The notes below the pieces were generated by a model. That model was not told where the DNA came from and did not search any database. It saw only the letters and a list, made by a program, of their open reading frames with translations. The translations under genes and the position numbers were made by a program. From NCBI GenBank assembly GCA_013265495.1, contig MU058547.1, positions 62,001-88,395 of the forward strand: a stretch of 26,395 nucleotides of DNA. The letters run 5' to 3'. This stretch comes from Vicugna vicugna. Its lineage: Eukaryota. This document shows positions 1 through 10,365 of the stretch, one piece after another (the first letter of the stretch is position 1; each line of letters begins with the position of its first letter).

Positions 1-94
1 GTTGAACCCAGACTCTGAACTTGGGTGGTGGTAGCACACGGCAAAGCTGGAGAATTAAGCTGATGTCTGCAGACTCAGCAGGGAGGCCTCAGCC

Positions 95-230
95 CCCTTG
101 CACTCATTTGCCAGAATGTTGACAGCAGGTTTATACATCCCCATAGGATTATTATGAGGATTAAGTGAGTTAATACCTGTAGAATGTTCAGAACAGTACC
201 TGGTAAATAGCAAATGCTTAATGTTATCAC
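95..230 (+). mobile_element. MIR SINE fragment (core/3' part)
   Basis: 'cataggattattatgaggattaagtgagttaatacctgtagaatgttcagaacagtacctggtaaatagcaaatgcttaa' resembles the MIR core and 3' end. Confidence 0.75.
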
Positions 231-404
231 TAAACTAAACAGCTAAATAATTAAAACCAGTTGCCTCTGTAGAGTCAGAATCAGATGGAGAGAAACGGGG
301 TAGGGCACTGCCATTTTTCATTATAAACTTTCAGGAATATTTGGCTTTTAGAATTACGTATCTTTACAAAAATTTTCAAGTAAAAAGTGAAAGTCTCCAA
401 ATGT

Positions 405-593
405 TAACCACTATCTATAAATAGATTAAAAAATTTCTTCTGTATAGCACAGTGAACTGTATTCAATATCTTGTAATAACCTTTCATGAAAAAGAATATG
501 ATAATGAATATATGTGTGTGTGTGTGTGTGTGGTATGACTGGGGCATTATGGGAAATTGGCACATTGTAACTATGCTTCAGTTAAAATAAAAA
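405..593 (+). mobile_element. LINE-1 3' UTR fragment (cetartiodactyl type) with embedded (TG)n
   Basis: 'ctgtatagcacagtgaactgtattcaatatcttgtaataacct...gaaattggcacattgtaact...aaaataaaa' is a typical L1 3' end. Confidence 0.8.
513..532. repeat. (TG)n microsatellite
   Basis: about 10 perfect TG units. Confidence 0.95.
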
Positions 594-857
594 GTCTCTC
601 TCCTTCTCTCCTCAATATGCAAAAATTCTAGAACAGGCATCAGTCACATACCTATCCTTGTGGCTGGCAGCCCCATAAAAAATCACAGGAAATGAGTTGT
701 AGGGGAGGAGCTGTTGTCCCCATGGTGGTTTAGTTGTTACATGCAAAATTTGAGGGAAAGGGTACACTTCATAAATGACAGTAACAACTGGCTATCACAC
801 CACAGTTAACAGCTCCCAGGGTTTTTTCTTTAACATACATAAAACTGAAGATTTCTT

Positions 858-1322
858 CTTTTTTTAAATTTAAGTGTAGGTGATTTACTGTATTTCAGAT
901 GTACAGCAAAGTGGTATATATATATATATTATTTTTTCAGATTCTTTTCCATTATAGATTATTACAAGATATTGAATGTAGTTCCTTGTACTATACAGTA
1001 GATCCTTGTTATTTGTCTATTTTATATATAGTAATGTGTATCTGTTAATCCCAAATCCCTAAATTATCTTTCCCTTGCCTTTCCCCTATGGTAACCATAA
1101 GTTTGTTTTCTATGTCAGTGAGTCTATTTCTGGTTTTTGTTTTCTTTTGTTTTTTTAGATTTTTTTTTTTTGGCAAAAGGGAGGGAGTTGATAAGGTTTA
1201 TTTATTTGAAGGAGATTACTGGGGGTTGAACCTAGGACCATGTGCAGGCTAGTCATGCACTCTACCGCTTGAGCTATACCCTCCCCCTGTTTCTGTGTTG
1301 AAGTAAGTTCATTTGCATCATC
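858..1322 (-). mobile_element. LINE-1 3' end, antisense, interrupted by a SINE
   Basis: 'ttttcagattcttttccattatagattattacaagatattgaatgtagttccttgtactatacagtag...ggtaaccataagtttgttttctatgtc' is a reverse-strand L1 3' UTR; it resumes after 1287 with 'ctgtttctgtgttgaagtaagttcatttg'. Confidence 0.85.
1133..1286 (-). mobile_element. Vic-1-like camelid tRNA-derived SINE
   Basis: Reverse complement reads GGGGAGGGTATAGCTCAAGCGGTAGAGTGCATG...GGTTCAACCCCCAGT (A/B boxes) then an A-rich tail; flanked by ctatttctg/ctgtttctg target-site duplication. Confidence 0.85.
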
Positions 1323-1377
1323 TCTTGAAAGTTCATAGTACTAGAATCATACTACTTGTTTTGCAGTGTTAAAAAAA

Positions 1378-1407
1378 TTATATATATTATATATATATAA
1401 TATATTA
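1378..1407. repeat. imperfect (TA)n tract
   Basis: ttatatatattatatatatataatatatta. Confidence 0.85.
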
Positions 1408-2394
1408 GATCGTAGAGAGGAATTTAGAAAAAATTGGAAAGCTGGATAGTTCCAGCAATTTAACGGTATATTTGTGCTGAAATAGAAGCTTCCTATAATC
1501 AAGGAGTGTTTGAGAAAACTCTTGGGAGGTAAAATAGGTGGCCCAAGATGGTAGATGAACTGGTTTCTCTGGGAAGAGCCAGGTTCCTTAACTGATAATG
1601 TCAATAAAGTCTTAATCTAGAGAGGGTGGTGAATATTGCTGTTACCAGCATTGTTCATTACAGTAAGTGGAACTTTTAATAACCTTTCTAATTTCCTGCC
1701 TTGCTCCAAAAGACAAGTGTTAACAAGCCATTCTCCTGACTTTAACCTGCAATAAAGATTCTAGCATAGCACATGATTTGCCCAGAGAGTTAAACATGCA
1801 AGCTTGCATGGTATTTAGAGGCTTATTATGACCTACCTCAACCATCCAATTTTCAAAATGATTTTTCCCTTTTGAGCCATTAGTCCTAAATACGCATGTA
1901 AGTGTATGCACAGGGACTTGTGCACATGTTCATGTATGGGTATGTGTATGCTGTCTTTTATTCAAATGTGTTTCTACTTAAGATGATTAATTCAAGCATA
2001 GTTAAAATGATGCTGACCAAATTAATTCCATTTAAGGCTTAGTTGTTAGCCAAATGCTAAGTAAAATCTTATATATAATAATTTAATATTTTAAAACTAT
2101 TCGATATTTTAAAAAGTGACTCTGGATCGTTTGTGGAGATTGTTTGAGGACACTGAATTCTAAATAAAATTAATGCCTCTTCCCCCATTCTTTGCTTCCT
2201 AGAACTTAGCCTGTCAGAACAGTGGAAGGGAATCCTTAAGGAGGAAACCTCATTAGGTGAAGCAGATATAGGATACTCTGAAATGGTCAGAAAGTAACAA
2301 ATCATTTTTCATTTTAGTTTCCTGGTAAGAATCATGAAAAGTAAAGGAAGGTGGGTTGGTATATTAAAATATTTGGGGAAGTGTGAAAGGGCTT

Positions 2395-2590
2395 TCTCAT
2401 TTATTGACTGTATGACCTTGAGCAGATTGCCTCTCTAAGTCTCAGATTCTTCATCTGAAAATGAGGCCAAAAGTACTGATGTCCTAGAGTTGATATGAGA
2501 CCTGAGTGAGCTTATGCATGTAAAACACTGAGCACTGTGCCTGCTACGTGGTAGCATTTGCTGTGGAAGCTTCTTGCTGTCATTATGTTG
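2395..2590 (+). mobile_element. MIR SINE
   Basis: 'ctgtatgaccttgagcag...ctctctaagtctcagattcttcatctgaaaatgagg...gcatgtaaaacactgagcactgtgcctg' matches MIR. Confidence 0.8.
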
Positions 2591-2686
2591 TTGAAGGAGA
2601 TGAGGATGTAGACATTATATATGAAGAGAATTTTGAGGGCTTTTTTTCTTACTCTTCACTAATTCTAAATTCCATTTCTGAGGTAG

Positions 2687-2926
<240 letters not shown>

Positions 2927-3314
2927 TAGGAGAACCAGAGTAAACAAGTGAGGTTGTTAATTAGAATTCTCCCCGAAGTAGAGGACAAGAAAACTGTACC
3001 ACTTCCACCTTGTCACATGCATAGACAGAGGCAGCCAGAGCCCTTTCTGACCTGGCATGAGCTTGATTTGGAAATACCTGGCACACTGTTTTGCATCCAT
3101 GGTGAATACTAGATTCTCTGGCCCTCACTGTGGTTGCTCCCCATAGCTCAGCCCTGTCCGTCCTGCAGTGGTCAGGGGAGAACCCTCGTAACCTGCTGGC
3201 TGCTAAGGATCCCATGTTTTGAATAGTTCCACTTTAGCCCAGGATCCATTGTTCAACTCATCATGTAACATGTTAAGGCTTTGGTTCCGGTGCATATGTC
3301 TTTTACATACTTAA

Positions 3315-3790
3315 TTTATAATTTTTTAAATTTAGTATACTTACTGCCCGCTTCCCATGTGCCAGATTCTGAACTGAAGGTGCTGGGAATACAGCAGTGG
3401 ACAAAGCAGACATGGTCCCTACCCTCATGAAGCTTAGAGCCAGTGAGAGAGACAGTCACTAAGTAACTCTTCAAAAAATATATGCTTAGAATTGAATGAA
3501 GTACCTCAAGAGAGAAATGGAGGGTACAAAGGAAACTTCTAGCCTAGGCAGGGAAGGTTTCCACTGAGGAAGTAATGTAATTTTAAGCTATGACTTGAAT
3601 GATGAGTAGGAGTTTGGGGGGTTGTGTGGTGTGGATGGAGGAAACTCTTCCAATTTAAGGAAACATCATGTACGAGGGCTGGGAAGCAAGAGAGAGCCTG
3701 GTATACTTAAGACACTGGTAGAAGGCCTGTGTAGCTGAACTGCAGGGACCAAGGGTCAGAGTAGTGCCAGACAAGGTGGACAGGTGGGCA
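3315..3790 (-). mobile_element. LINE-2 3' fragment
   Basis: 'ccatgtgccag...gtgctgggaatacagcagtggacaaagcagacatggtccctaccctcatgaagcttag...gggaaggtttcc...gaggaagt' is the typical antisense L2 3' region. Confidence 0.8.
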
Positions 3791-4253
3791 CGTATGTGTG
3801 TGACTGGCTAATTACGTACCACATTAGGTTGGGGGGATGGCTAGAAAGCAGACTAGGCTTGGTGCAAGTGTTATGAAATCTGATCTGAAATCAAACTGGA
3901 CATAACTCTTAGCAATGAGTAGGGAAACCTTCTGGGAATGGATTTTTGAGTTTGAGGATTAAAATCTGATACTGATTCTTGATACATTAGAATTTGCCTC
4001 TCTCTAGCCAGTCCTTAAGGGGAAAAGGAATTTTATCTGGGCCTCTTTTTAATGTGAAGTCTATTTCTTTGTAGGTTTACTTAGCACTCCTAATTTTATA
4101 TTTCCCTCATAGTTTGAAAAAAACACATTTTTTGGTTTAGTTTCAAGAGTCATATTATATCCCTGCTCTTAGAACGCTCAAGGAGGAATTCACCAGTTGA
4201 ATAATTTTTCTTAAGTTGTACTGTTAACTAGATTTAGGTGGCCTGATTGATTT

Positions 4254-4416
4254 TTTTGTAAACTCTTTATTTTTACTTTTTTAAAATTTATTTCTTATTT
4301 TTGGAGGGGGAGGTAATTAGGTTTATTTATTCATTTCAGTGGAGGTACTGGGGATTGAAACAAGGACCTTATGCATTTTAGGCAGGCACTTTACCACTGA
4401 GCTATACCCTCCTCCC
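4254..4416 (-). mobile_element. Vic-1-like camelid SINE
   Basis: Antisense tRNA-like head (ccactgagctataccctcc), 'ggggaggtaattaggtttatttatt' body and T-rich tail; 15-bp TSD tggcctgattgattt (4239-4253) / tggcctgactgattt (4417-4431). Confidence 0.9.
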
Positions 4417-5194
4417 TGGCCTGACTGATTTCTGTTTTGTGGGTTGAGTATTCATTGGAATAGTCTTAATTTCCATAGTTGAGAGTAGTTTTTTTTGCAG
4501 ACGTCATCAGCCTCCCTGTGCCTCTCCTCCTTTCTCGTGCTCCTCAGCTGTTCCTCTCCCCTGACTCGCTCTGGTCTCTGCAGGGAGACTCTCTCCTCTG
4601 TCGGTGGGGAAGCTGTCAGGGCTGAGGGCAGGGTGGGGCTTCATCTCGGGGAGAGGAAGCTGGGAACACAGGGCTGCTCCCCTAAGACCCACTTTTCCAA
4701 GCTCCACATCATCCAGGCACCTTAGCCTGGGGCTGCCCAACGTGGACCACAGAGTGTTAGGCGGGAGTGAGGTCCCCCTGGGAGGAGGGACGCCTGTGCC
4801 GAGTGGTCACCACCCTGGTGTCCAGTACCAGCTGCTGAGGGTTCCAATCATGTGATGGTATCCCTGTGTCTTGTCCTTGCACATCCCCATGCAGATCAGA
4901 GACTGAACCTACACGTTTCCCACCAGGGTCCCACCCCCCTGCAGCCACCTGTCCGCAGGCACATTTAGGAGAGACCTCAGGAGCAGCCTGGCCCAGTACA
5001 GGTCCCCTCAGCCTGACTGGGCCTCTCCTTTCAGCCGCCCTGCTTCCTGGGCACAGGCTCTCTCTGCCCCCTTCCCTGCCCTGCTTCTCTCAAGCAGAGC
5101 ACATGACTTAGGGAAAGGCTGGGCAGTGCGTGGGTCCTCGGATGCAGCACACGTGCCGTGGTTATGAACAACAACATGAGAACAGGTCCTGTCC

Positions 5195-5360
5195 TTAAGC
5201 CCCCACGTGGCCCTGGCCTGTGCTGGGACTGTCTATGGTCTCTATCTGCAGCTCTCAGCTGCCTGCCATTTCCACACTGCAGCAGGGGAGACAGAGGCTT
5301 AGAGAGATGGAGTCATTTTGCCCAAGATTGCAGAGAAGTAGGGGAGAGAGGCTCCAGGGA
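5195..5360 (-). mobile_element. MIR fragment
   Basis: 'ggggagacagaggcttagagagatggagtcattttgcccaagattgcag' resembles antisense MIR. Confidence 0.6.
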
Positions 5361-5780
5361 TGTGATCAGGGTGTCCTTGCTGTGTTCTTGCACCCCCACC
5401 TCTCAGGGGGCCCCAGCTGCCCCTCCCTCAACCATCCATGTAACGTAGCTCTTTGTGGTCCTCACAGAGCCCCTGTGTGTCATAGTAGGCAGGCAGTGAG
5501 GGCTGGGATTTCACTACTTGGAGAACTGGACCTCCTTGACAGGGCCGTTGGGAAGCCGCTGAGTGGGGGCAGCCATGGGATCCATGGCCCAGGGCTCCAG
5601 AGGGGCTCTCTGGGTCCCAGCCCTGACCTCCCAGGCCCACTGTGGTCCCTCTAGATGAGGTAACTTGAGGGGAAGGGAGAGTGAGCTGATGGGGGAATCA
5701 GCCATGGGAAACAGTAGGTGGGCACCTGGGAGGAATCACCAAGAGCAGCCCCAGGACTCTGACCCCTGTGCCTCCCGCAG

Positions 5781-6035
5781 AGTGAGCCCGAGACCAGCCT
5801 TGGACCAACGATGCCCACAGTGCCCACAGGTGTCGTGATGATGGTCACAGTGCCTACAGTTGTCACAGTGAGGACCACAGTGCTGAGGGCTGTCACATGG
5901 TGACCACAGTGACCAGTGTTGTCACAACCACGACCGCAGTGACAATGGATGTCACAGAGGAGGAGACCACAGGGCCTGAGCTCATCCCAGAGGGGCTCTC
6001 TGGGTACCCTAACCTCTTAGGATCTTTCTCCTCAG
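5781..6035 (+). CDS. ANTXRL: ANTXRL-like Thr/Val-rich (mucin-like) stalk exon, with a 1-nt frameshift near 5897
   Basis: ctcccgcag|AGT; reads SEPETSLGPTMPTVPTGVVMMVTVPTVVTVRTTVLRAVTW* then continues in the shifted frame MVTTVTSVVTTTTAVTMDVTEEETTG...SFSS G|gtaggg; the phase-1 donor matches the phase-1 acceptor at 6153. Confidence 0.6.
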
Positions 6036-6152
6036 GTAGGGCAACCCAAGTCGAAGGGGAACTGGGAAGATGGGGAGACGGGTGGGATCTGAGCGGCAGG
6101 GGAAGATGTCAGCCAGGTACCAACCAGGACTCTGTCGTGTGTTCTTCTGTAG

Positions 6153-6403
6153 GCACAAGGGTCAGGGGCAAGCCTCCCAACAGCTCCCCTGCAGCCCCCG
6201 CGATGGCACCTCTCTGGGTGGCCTCTCACGAGACGGCTCTTCCCCCAGCAGCACCTCCCCCACCTGAAGTGCCTCCCCAGGCACCACCTCACCCACCCTC
6301 CCCATTCATCCTCAGTGTCAACTTTCTCTGCTTGTTTTTGCCCATCCTGGCCCTGCTCCTGCTCCTGCTCCTGCTCTGGTTCATCTGTCGCCTGTGCTGC
6401 AAG
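6153..6403 (+). CDS. ANTXRL: ANTXRL-like Pro-rich juxtamembrane plus transmembrane exon
   Basis: ttcttctgtag|GC...TGC AAG|gtgagt; encodes ...PPPPEVPPQAPPHPPSPFILSVNFLCLFLPILALLLLLLLLWFICRLCCK, a TM helix followed by the ANTXR-type Cys cluster. Confidence 0.85.
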
Positions 6404-7840
6404 GTGAGTGACCCCTGCCCACACAGCCTGTGTCCAGCCCTCATCAACCCCCCGGGGACCAGACACGTGTCTGCCCCGTGACACTGCCTGTGGGCAGGTT
6501 CCCATCAGCTCCAGGTCCTCACCCAGCAAACAAGGCACAGCCTCTGCCTTTCATCCAGGACAGACACAGCCTGGGCTTCCAGGTCACCACCTGCCTCCTG
6601 CTTTCACAGGGAAGTGGCCTATGGGCTGTCCCGGGCCCTGGGGAGAAAGGACCCCAGGTCCCTGAGACCAGGGCTGCTTCACAGCAGTCAGGCTTCAGGG
6701 GGACTCAGGAGGACCAAGGCTGGAGTGGCCTCTGCTCTTGAGGGAAGAAGAGGGGTCTGCAGGGGCACCGATGGCCCAAAGGGAGGAGGACCCTGGCCGG
6801 GTGGATGCTAACCTCGGGGACAGCTGTGCCTTTGAAGACAGCACGGTCCTTCCACGTCTGTAGTGCCTTCCGTCACTCCTTCCTCAATCATGACTATATC
6901 ACATGACTATGTGCAGGGCTCCGTCCTGGGCCCAGAGGGACAGAAATGAAGCAGCCCCATCCCCGCCCACAGGAGCTCACGGCCTGGTGGCTGGTCTGGT
7001 GTGGAAGCCTGTGGGGCATTGAGGGTAAATGTCCCCTTCAGGGGGTGTGGCAGGTGTCCTGATAGAGCAGGACAGTAGCCAAGGACAGAGACTGGCCCGG
7101 GGAGGGAGCCAGAGAGCTGGGTGAGGAAGAGGACAAAGCAGAGCTGAGAAAGGACACGCCAACCAGCAGAGAAGCAGCAGGTCGGGTTTCTGCAAAGAGG
7201 GAACATGAGGAGAGAGGCCCGGGGAGGGGGGCGGACTGGCACCCCTGAGGGCTGAGAGGCCGGGGCTGCGGGGACAGGAGGGGAGAGGGGAGGAGGAAGG
7301 GGTGGGGGCGCTCTCTTGTCTTCATATGACGTCAGGGCTGCTGCTGAGACTCCCAGGGGGGCATCTACCAGGGACCAGCAGCCTTAGTCTGCCTGCCTGC
7401 CCCTCGGCCCTGCAGGGAGGGGCCGACTCGCCTGTGATAACTGAGAAGCCTGAGGCTCAGGGAGGTGGAGCCTGTTGGTTACAAACCCTCAGGCAAGGGA
7501 CACCCAGACTCACACCCCAAAGCCCATGTTCTGTCCCCCTGCTGCCACTGAGCAGGGTCCCCTCCTGTCTGCAAAGCCGAGCCAGAGCCCCACAGGCCCC
7601 TTCCAACCTATGACTATGTCACCCTGCCCCGCAGTGATTGCCCTCTCTGCATATCAAGTACGCAAGAAAAAGTTGGATGGAGGTGACAAGAGTCATCATG
7701 GAGGGAGCTGTGACCCCCAAGCTGGGGTGGGAGGAGAAGGAGCCAGTTCATGCCAGAGACACTAAGGTGTCTCTTCAGTGGAGATAAACTTTATGGGCAC
7801 TGGACTTTGACCACTTCAATTGTGATCACTTCCATTCTAG

Positions 7841-7879
7841 ACCATCAAGGCTCCACCACCAACCCAGGAAAGAGCAAAG
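7841..7879 (+). CDS. ANTXRL: ANTXRL-like cytoplasmic exon (39 nt)
   Basis: ttccattctag|ACC...AAG|gtaagc; TIKAPPPTQERAK, like recalled ANTXRL TVKEPPPVQKPEK. Confidence 0.85.
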
Positions 7880-8999
7880 GTAAGCGGTGTGTTTGGTCCT
7901 GATGTTGTCAGCCTGCCTGATGCACACACTGACCCGCACAGGGAGGCCTCCTGCCGCTCATGGGGATACGTCCCCCCCACCCCTCCAGCTCCCACCTACC
8001 TGGGCAGGGAGAGCTGGCAGCAGGAGGAAGATGGTGACAGGCACAGAGGGACCCCAGGGAGGACAAGGGACTCACCAGTATCACCCAGACAACACTCCCC
8101 ATGTTCCCAGCACGGCCTCATTCAGAGCCTTTGTCACTGAATCAGCAACACAGTATGGCCTGTTTCAGGAACAGCTATGATCCCTCCGGAAATAAATGGG
8201 CTTTTTTTCAATTCCCAAGGGGTGTGTGTAGGATGGTCCTTCCCCAGGACTCAGGTGAGCTTTTGGAAAAGGACCCTCAGGTTTCAGGGATCTGGTCCCC
8301 CTTCTCCAGGCTCTGAGTCCGCTGGGCTCTGTTCCCTTGGTCTTCATCTCTGTCTGTTGTCAGCATGAGGGTCTTGGCTGGGGGTGACCTTTAAGGACAT
8401 GGCACTGAGGAGAGGGGACGGAGGAGGGCATTGAGCTGTGAAGGGGGTGCAGCTCAGGTGAGGGACCAAGGGACAGGGGAGCAGCTATGGCTCACCAGGG
8501 TGGGTGCCCAAACCAGGACCCATAAGAGGCAGTTAGAGCAGAGGCATGGTGTCCCAAGAAAGGGGACCTGGGCCTGAGGTCTGGTGGGAACCGGGTCACT
8601 GCCCAGGCTGGTATCTGCGCTGGTTTCAGTGTGGCCTGGGGACGCTGGATCTGTCAGAGTCAGGTGAGTACCCCCTGTCCCTGCTTATGACCCGCCCCCC
8701 ACAGCCTCCATCATGTGACACAGCCCCAGGCCCAGCTTCTCCAACAAGGGCGGCTCCGGGCACCAAGGGGACAGGACAGAGTTTGCTGGCCTTTGTAGAA
8801 GGCCCATCTCTTTGAAGCAGAAGCATGTGTCTCACACGGAGGACTGTCTTACTGTGCCCGCCGCTGCTCATCTGTCCTTGATTCTCCAGCAAACATTCCG
8901 TGAGTGACCAGAACTTGATAGGTGCTGGGGCAACAGATGTCATGTGTCTGCAGCCAGGAGCTGCCAGACGAGGAAGCAGACAGGGTTTTCTCTTCCTAG

Positions 9000-9086
9000 G
9001 AGCCTGAGGACACAGGTCCCATGCAGACATGCCCCACGGTGATTGTCCCCTGTGGGTGCCAAGGAGGCCGGATGGAACAGATGGAG
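9000..9086 (+). CDS. ANTXRL: ANTXRL-like cytoplasmic exon (87 nt)
   Basis: ttttctcttcctag|GAG...GAG|gtgaga; EPEDTGPMQTCPTVIVPCGCQGGRMEQME, like [28 protein letters not shown]. Confidence 0.9.
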
Positions 9087-9491
9087 GTGAGAAGGGCCCT
9101 GGGGAACAGGAGGGGAGGGGAGCCACTTCGTGCACAGGCCTAGGCCCATAAGGCATGGCCCGAGTAGGAATGAGCTATGGGCCGTGGACTGCAGTCACTG
9201 GGACCAGAGAAAAGCCAAAGGCCTCCTGACCCTCGTGGCCCAAGAAAGGCCAAAATGTATGCGGGCTCATGCTCCCATCACCACCTGGGTTCCGAGCAAA
9301 AGGAATTCCCCCTCAGGATGGGGCCAGGGTTCTGGATGTTGGTGGGTGGCCCCAGGTGGAGGCTACAGTGCTGTCTTGGGGTGGTGGTGGGGACAGAGCC
9401 CTGGGAGGCCATCTCAAGTCAGAGGGGACACGACCCCTCTAGTGGCAGCATCTATGCCTGTAGATCCCTCACAACCACACCTGCTTTTCAG

Positions 9492-9569
9492 GGAAAACTG
9501 GATCATTTGTGTTACTTTGTTCAGCGCTGCAGCCAGGCACCAGTGATGCTGTGCCCGCCCAGGGCCATG
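9492..9569 (+). CDS. ANTXRL: ANTXRL-like cytoplasmic exon (78 nt)
   Basis: ctgcttttcag|GGA...ATG|gtaagc; GKLDHLCYFVQRCSQAPVMLCPPRAM, like ANTXR1 GKLDALW and ANTXRL GNLDTFC. Confidence 0.9.
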
Positions 9570-9652
9570 GTAAGCAGGGCACAGGGATGCTCCCCGTGGG
9601 CTGGGGTCTTGGTAAGCAGGGCACAGGGATGCTCCCCGTGGGCTGGGGTCTT
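9569..9652 (+). repeat. perfect 42-bp tandem duplication spanning a splice donor
   Basis: ggtaagcagggcacagggatgctccccgtgggctggggtctt occurs at 9569-9610 and 9611-9652. Confidence 0.97.
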
Positions 9653-10139
9653 GTCTTTGCCCTTGACTGTTGCCCCGTGGGACTCTGGGTCAGAGAGCCC
9701 TGTCTGGGCATCTGCCAAGGGGGACGCCCAAGACGTGGAGACCTGGTGCTCTTGAGCCTCCTGGGTGATTCTCAACACATTTTGCGTGCGTCCTCATCCC
9801 AGGTGTGTCAGGAACTTTCTTATCCAGAGGAACACCTGGCACATCCGATCTTAAGTTAACAGGGATAGAGAGAAGGGCAGGCAGATTCCTGTTGGCCTCC
9901 TAGTTCCTCCCCACTGCCCACCCGGCCCTGTGGGACTGCTGGCTGCGCCCCATCCACGAGACCCTCCTGGGCTGGTCACTCAGGTGCCAGGAGTGCTGGG
10001 GGACATGGTGACATCCCCTCCACAGTGTTGTCTGGAAACACTGACTGCTTTTACCAGGTAGTAAAGAAGCCTTCCTGTGTCAGTGCCTGTGACAATGGGG
10101 AGAAGCCAGATTGTTCCAGTTGTCATCCTTGGAATTTAA

Positions 10140-10365
10140 TATAATGGCAGCTAATGTTTAAGTCCCTTCTGTGGGTCAGTTTCTAGCCTAAGATCTTTAC
10201 ATGTTTTTACTGCTTTAATCCTCCCAGTGACTGTAGGTAAAGATGCTATCATTACCTCAGCTTTACTAAGAGGGTAAAGCCACAGAGTGGCTGAGTGACA
10301 TGCCTCAAGTCACTAAGGATGGGAGGGGCAGAGCTGGACCTGAACCCAGAGCCTGGCTCCTCCCT
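10140..10365 (-). mobile_element. MIR SINE
   Basis: 'ataatggcagctaatgttt...tttaatcctcccagtgac...ctgagtgacatgcctcaagtcac...ggcagagctggacctgaacccag' is antisense MIR. Confidence 0.75.

Noticed and set aside
1210..1286. tRNA-like sequence on the minus strand (also 4340-4416)
   Set aside because: It is the head of a SINE with an A-rich tail and TSDs, with mutated stems; not a tRNA gene.
2203..2295. Acceptor-like ctttgcttcctag followed by a short open frame (LSLSEQWKGILKEETSLGEADIGYSEM)
   Set aside because: No recognisable TANGO6 similarity and no convincing donor.
5651..5896. Antisense Thr/Val-rich ORF
   Set aside because: Mirror of the quasi-palindromic GTCACA/ACAGTG repeat; splice signals and gene context support the + strand.
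6032..6538. 168-aa antisense ORF with EQEQEQ repeat
   Set aside because: Shadow of the CTCCTG poly-Leu TM codons.
9569..9652. Direct repeats as a possible CRISPR array
   Set aside because: Two abutting copies without spacers in mammalian intronic DNA.
9177..9755. 192-aa ORF
   Set aside because: Only 9492-9569 has ANTXR similarity and splice sites; the rest is GC-rich intron.
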